DNA of 64,000 nucleotides from Saprolegnia diclina VS20. Taxonomy: Eukaryota. Shown here piece after piece: positions 59,445 to 64,000 of this stretch. Below the pieces are notes generated by a model. It made no database searches and was not told where the DNA came from. It saw nothing but the letters and a program-made list of their open reading frames with translations. Every line of letters begins with the position of its first letter. Positions within the stretch are counted from its first letter, which is position 1. The translations under genes and the position numbers were made by a program. The stretch lies in assembly GCF_000281045.1 (NCBI RefSeq), contig NW_008246084.1:687824-751823 (forward strand), in the 5' to 3' direction.

Positions 59445-60190
59445 TGGCACCAAAAGGCAAAGTGAACCGAGCCGCGCGATGGTCAATGAAGCCCAGTGAA
59501 ACTCCGCAGCTTCGATGCGCGCAGCGATGCATTCGATCGTGTTCGATCCTGGCCCAACAACGCCGAGGCATCGTGGCATGTGAACCAGGTATTCTCAGCA
59601 GCCCGTGAGAGCCGAAGGAAGATAACTTGTGGCGATCATCGCGCGTCGTCCAGTCGCGTCGAGTCTCTTTAATCAACAACCGAGAATAAGAACTTGACGT
59701 GGCGCAGCAAGGAGCCGAGCAGGGAGCTGGATCGTTGCGGAATGGGCCCAGCAAAAATGAGATCGATTTTGGTATACGACCACCTTGTCGCGATATCAAC
59801 AAGGAGAAGTGAGCGGTCCTTCGATGGATCCAGCAGGAAAGAAGGATACACCTTGATTGTCCTGGCCTCACGAATAATGGACGCCAACCAAATGTCGCGA
59901 GGTGTGGGTTCTCTGGCACGGGACTGATGATGGATATTGGTCCAAACAATGTGTACAAAGTGTGGTCTTCTACATGCTCACGTCGTTTGGACGCTGATCG
60001 CCAGAGCAGACAAGTCCTATGTCGATAGACTGGGAAGCCCTCCGGATCCATCGCTTGCACCAAGGGAATAATAACCAAGGTTGTTTCCTTGGCTTGGATC
60101 ACGTTCGCGTGTTTGGTACACGTCGCATCGTCACTGCGATGCTTGTGATTCACTTGCGCAAATGTGGTCGATTAGCAAAAACCAAGTTGT

Positions 60191-63100
60191 CTACTCGAGA
60201 CGGTTGACAAGCTTGCGCTTTCGGCGCCAGCGCCAGCGCAACGACGAGACGTGGTCGTCGCCTTCGGTGCCAAAGCAGAGATTGTCGAGGAGCGCGTAGA
60301 GCGCGCCACCGTACCGCGTGCGCATCCAGTGGACAAAGAGCACTTCAAAGTTGGTCGCGTGCTGCTCGAGAACGTACGAGGCGAAGCAAATGAGGTAGAA
60401 ATACCGCTCCAGGTAGTTCACTAGCCACAATATCCTCAGCATCCTTTCACAAACCATCATGAGAAAGGACACGTACTGGCGCGCTGCATAAAGTAATCTT
60501 GCTTGGCGCTCGGGAGACCGACCTCTTTGGTCATCTCACGGCACTGGTCGATGCACTCACGGAGGTTCTGCACATGATCGGCCGTGTCAATGGCCTCATC
60601 CACGAGCGCAAGGCTCGTCGCGCCATTCTCAAGCAGCGACACGAGCGCGTCAATGTTATGAAAACGCGTCTTGTGCCCGTCACCGAGCGTCACCTGCCCC
60701 ATGACGACGGCCCGCAGCATGTACATGCAAACCAGCGCCGTCGTCGTCCGGCCGCGGCCCATTTGGCAGTTGCAGACGATCGCTGTGTGGCCGTCGACAG
60801 CCCCCGACTTTTCAGCGCGGAAAATGGGCACCAGCAGCCGCACGAGGTCGTCCAGATCTTTCTCTTCGGGGGCAATTTCGTCCGACACCTAGGTGGACTT
60901 TTGTCAGCAAATAACTGCGAGCAGAGGAAGGTACTGGAATGCGGGCGTAGCGCACGTCGTAGCCTTGGTGCTGAGCCGCCGCGTACACCTCCTCGAGTGT
61001 CTTGATGTCGGTCTCGGGCTGAATCGCATCAAAGCGCTCGGCGGTGACGAGCGGCTGCGGCTCGCAGAGGTGCATGAACAAGCCGTTCGAGGCCTGCACT
61101 TTCGCGATCAGCTCCGTCTTGAGCGTCGCTTCGATCGCCGTGATCTCGTCGACTTCGATGCCGGGATATTCAACATTGTGGAAGACGTCGTCGCGCTTCC
61201 GGACTGCGTACGGCTTGCCCGCCACGTACAAGACGACCTCTTCCCGCAAGTTGATCCAGATGACGCGGCTGTGGCCGAGAACGTCCCGGAGATGGGCCAA
61301 GACATCGACGATCCCGAGCTCCAAGCACTAGCCAAAATGTCGTCATTCGCTACAGATCTGAAGCGAGCGAGAGAGAGAGCATGGTACCTGCGCCGTGCCA
61401 AAGAGCGGCATGCCACCGAGTTGACGGTAGTTCGGGACGTTGGGGCCGAGGACGAGGGGCAGGCGGCTGAGGCCCGGAAAGTGGTCAAACTTGAGAATGT
61501 TGTTGTGCAGCACTTTGCTCGACGGATACGTGGCGCCACCAAGGTCGTCGAGAAGGCGAAAGAGGTCGGGATGGAGCTGAAGCCAGCTCGAGAAGCTCTG
61601 CACATGGGCTTCCAGGAGGTACTGGCCAAACATGATAAAGTAAAAGTAGCGCTCGAGGAGGCGGCACGCGCGATGCTACCTCGTGGAATGAGCTTTTCTT
61701 TGAATTTCACAGCCCGTTGTACCAAGTAGAAGGAGCGTTTGGCCGGCTTGGCTTCGGCCATGGATCGCTACACGGGGAACGTTCGTGACCTATGGACAGC
61801 GATCCCAAACATGTCTACCTGCCGACACTCTTCGATGACGCGCCGAAGGTGGTAAACGGCCGCGCAGTCGTCGATCGCTGCGTCAATCCACGCTTTGGCG
61901 TGCGTGCCTTGCTCCAGCGTCTCACAAAGCGCCAAAATCACCTACAATTTAGTGTCAGAAGTACAAAAAGAGCAAATATAATAATACCTTGAACGTGCCG
62001 AGCGCGTAATCAATCGTGCTCGGGTCGAGCGTCAGCGATCGATGCGAGCGCGTCATCGGCAGTCCGTCTGGAACTTCGACGACCGAGTCGGGCTGCATGA
62101 CGCTCCACTTGAGGTACGCGACCGTCATGGCCGTCGTCGTCCGCCCGCGTCCCATCTAGTCGACGAATATAAGGGCAATGCGGCATATGACGTCTACCTG
62201 GCAGTTGAAGACAAACGCAGTGTGCATATCGGCGCGCTGGACGAGGTCGACAAACGTCTCGACGACGTCTTGCTCGGGAAAGTTCTCGCGGTCGATTGGG
62301 ATCCGGTGGAACGTAGTGTTCTCGATCGTCGGGTGCTGCAGCGCCTCCATCAACTCGGGCAGCGTGTGTACCTACGACGACAAAATAAGACTTGGTAAAG
62401 CCATCCGAAAGACGCGTACGTCGGTCGGGTCGATGGTCTCGACGGCAAGCTCGTTCACGAGCGGCGTCGGCTCGTGCCAGTACTCGAACGCGTGGTTGCG
62501 CAAGGCGAGTTGCTCCATGAGGCTGTTCTTGAGCGAAGCCTCCAGCACTTGGATCGTGTGCCCCGTAAGACCGGGCACCAAGTCGTTCTCGTTGAGCTTG
62601 GCACGGACACGCGCCGTGTACGGGACGCCCTTGACAAAGAGCACGGCTTCCTACACCGACGCTGTCTTCTTGGCATAGAACGATGGCATGATCTACCTCG
62701 CGCACGTTGATCCAGATAACCTTGGTGAACCCATCAGCGGCAACACGGTCCAGAATCAAGCGGCAGCCGTCCTGGAAGAGCAAGGTCAGTATTCGCTACG
62801 GACGATCTGCGTGTACTACCTCGGTGGGCTGGGCGCCGCCGTAGAAGGGCGTGTCCAGCAACCGGCGAAAGTTGGGCGCTACGCAATCCATGATGACCAT
62901 GCTCACGAGGATGATGGTGACCGTACCGCTGTCGCCGTGGGGCGTGTCGAGTACATGGCAGTCGGGGAAGCGGTCGCGCTTGAGCACGTACTTGTTAAGG
63001 ACGCGCGTACCCTGCTCCTGGAACGAGAGCGCCGACTTGATCTTCTCGCGGTCGAGCTTGCCCTTGAAGCCAGCTTGGATCAGCGATGCTGCATTCGAGC

Positions 63101-63269
63101 GCTGGACCTGGCTGCGGAGCCCATCGAGCTGCGCGCGGAGGTCGCGGACCGAGGCCTCGAGGGCCTCCGCATGGTCTAGCAGCGGGTGCAGGAGGCTCTT
63201 GGTCTCGTCGTCGAGGACAGCGAGGAGCGGCGCCGCCAGCTCGCGGGCAGCAGGCTTCGTCGTTGTCAT
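60191..63269 (-). CDS. Paladin-like / PTP-like phytase-domain phosphatase with two catalytic repeats, many exons
   Basis: APNFRR..GGAQPT, WINVREE, FHRIPID, FNCQMGRGRTTT; second repeat PNYRQL, WINLREE, YARIPV, CNCQMGRGRTTT, YLERYFYLICFASY. Confidence 0.85.
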
Positions 63270-64000
63270 CGTCCGGCCAAACTCGAAATGCCCCTGGGGA
63301 TCGGTCGAGATATCCTTCGAACAACACGTGGTGGGCGGTAATATCCCACGTCCATACAAGTACCAATATCATGCATCGTTTTTCACTGTTTCACACTGTT
63401 TCCCACGTGAATATCTCGGCGATGATGATGCAACCAATGCACCAAGTAGCGAGGATGCGACCAGCAGGAGGCGACGACGTCAAATATTTGCCGCCGACGC
63501 AGTGACGACTTGGTCGATGTTTCTCAGCGCGGATCTACGGGGCGCACTCTATTACCGCTACTTGCTACGTCGACACTGTAACACACTTCTGGACGATGGC
63601 GCCGGTTGAAGTTGAGCCACGCTTCAATCCCACGCACGACTGCAATTTCTGATAGCGTCTTATTTTCCAAAGGCCCTCTTCATCAGCCGAGTCAGAGCCC
63701 CAGGAAGTGCAGCAATGAGTCGGGACTATTCGCTCTCTGGGAGAAATGGCACGAGTCCTAAAGTGACTCGGCGTTTGTTGTCGCGCGATTGCAGGCAGTC
63801 AACACAACTGCGGACGAGTTGTCTTCTCGCGGTTTCCGCTTTGACTTGTCGCCAAGCCAAGCCTACGACGAATCGGTAAGCCGGCCTTCGTCGTGGCTGG
63901 CGCAGCACTCTGTTGGCTGTCCTTTGAATCGATCGTACCTTATTACGCAGGCGGTGCGACGACGTCATCGTCTACTGCTGTCGTAGAGACAGTGTCTTGG

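Noticed and set aside
11759..63269. Apparent phosphate/inositol-polyphosphate gene cluster (PPX1, OCA-like, paladin-like)
   Set aside because: The genes are 15-30 kb apart and separated by unrelated housekeeping genes, so co-occurrence is probably chance.

Overview
Gene-dense, GC-rich eukaryotic genomic DNA with short GT-AG introns (about 45-75 nt) and two N-gaps. Gene content and style suggest an oomycete, most like Saprolegniaceae; this is an inference. About 28 protein-coding genes can be supported. Housekeeping genes include RPS18, proteasome beta2, alpha-SNAP, Rab GGTase beta, methylmalonate-semialdehyde dehydrogenase, an exopolyphosphatase and a BRWD/PHIP-like chromatin reader. The window also encodes peptidases, transporters and channels (sugar porter, BT1, a TRP-like ankyrin channel, a divergent Fluc/FEX-like protein), a GBP-family GTPase, two ependymin-related paralogs, two GSTs and a dispersed family of intronless bacterial-type GNATs. 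The most striking structure is a 4,799-bp Ty3/gypsy element at 24869-29667. It has identical 149-bp LTRs, a GTGT target-site duplication and a tRNA-type PBS, yet it lacks gag and most of the protease and has a stop codon inside integrase, so it looks like a freshly inserted non-autonomous element. A near-perfect 53-bp inverted repeat at 46832-46998 is not explained by any annotated feature. Exon boundaries were read by eye, and family calls rest on motif recognition without database searches.
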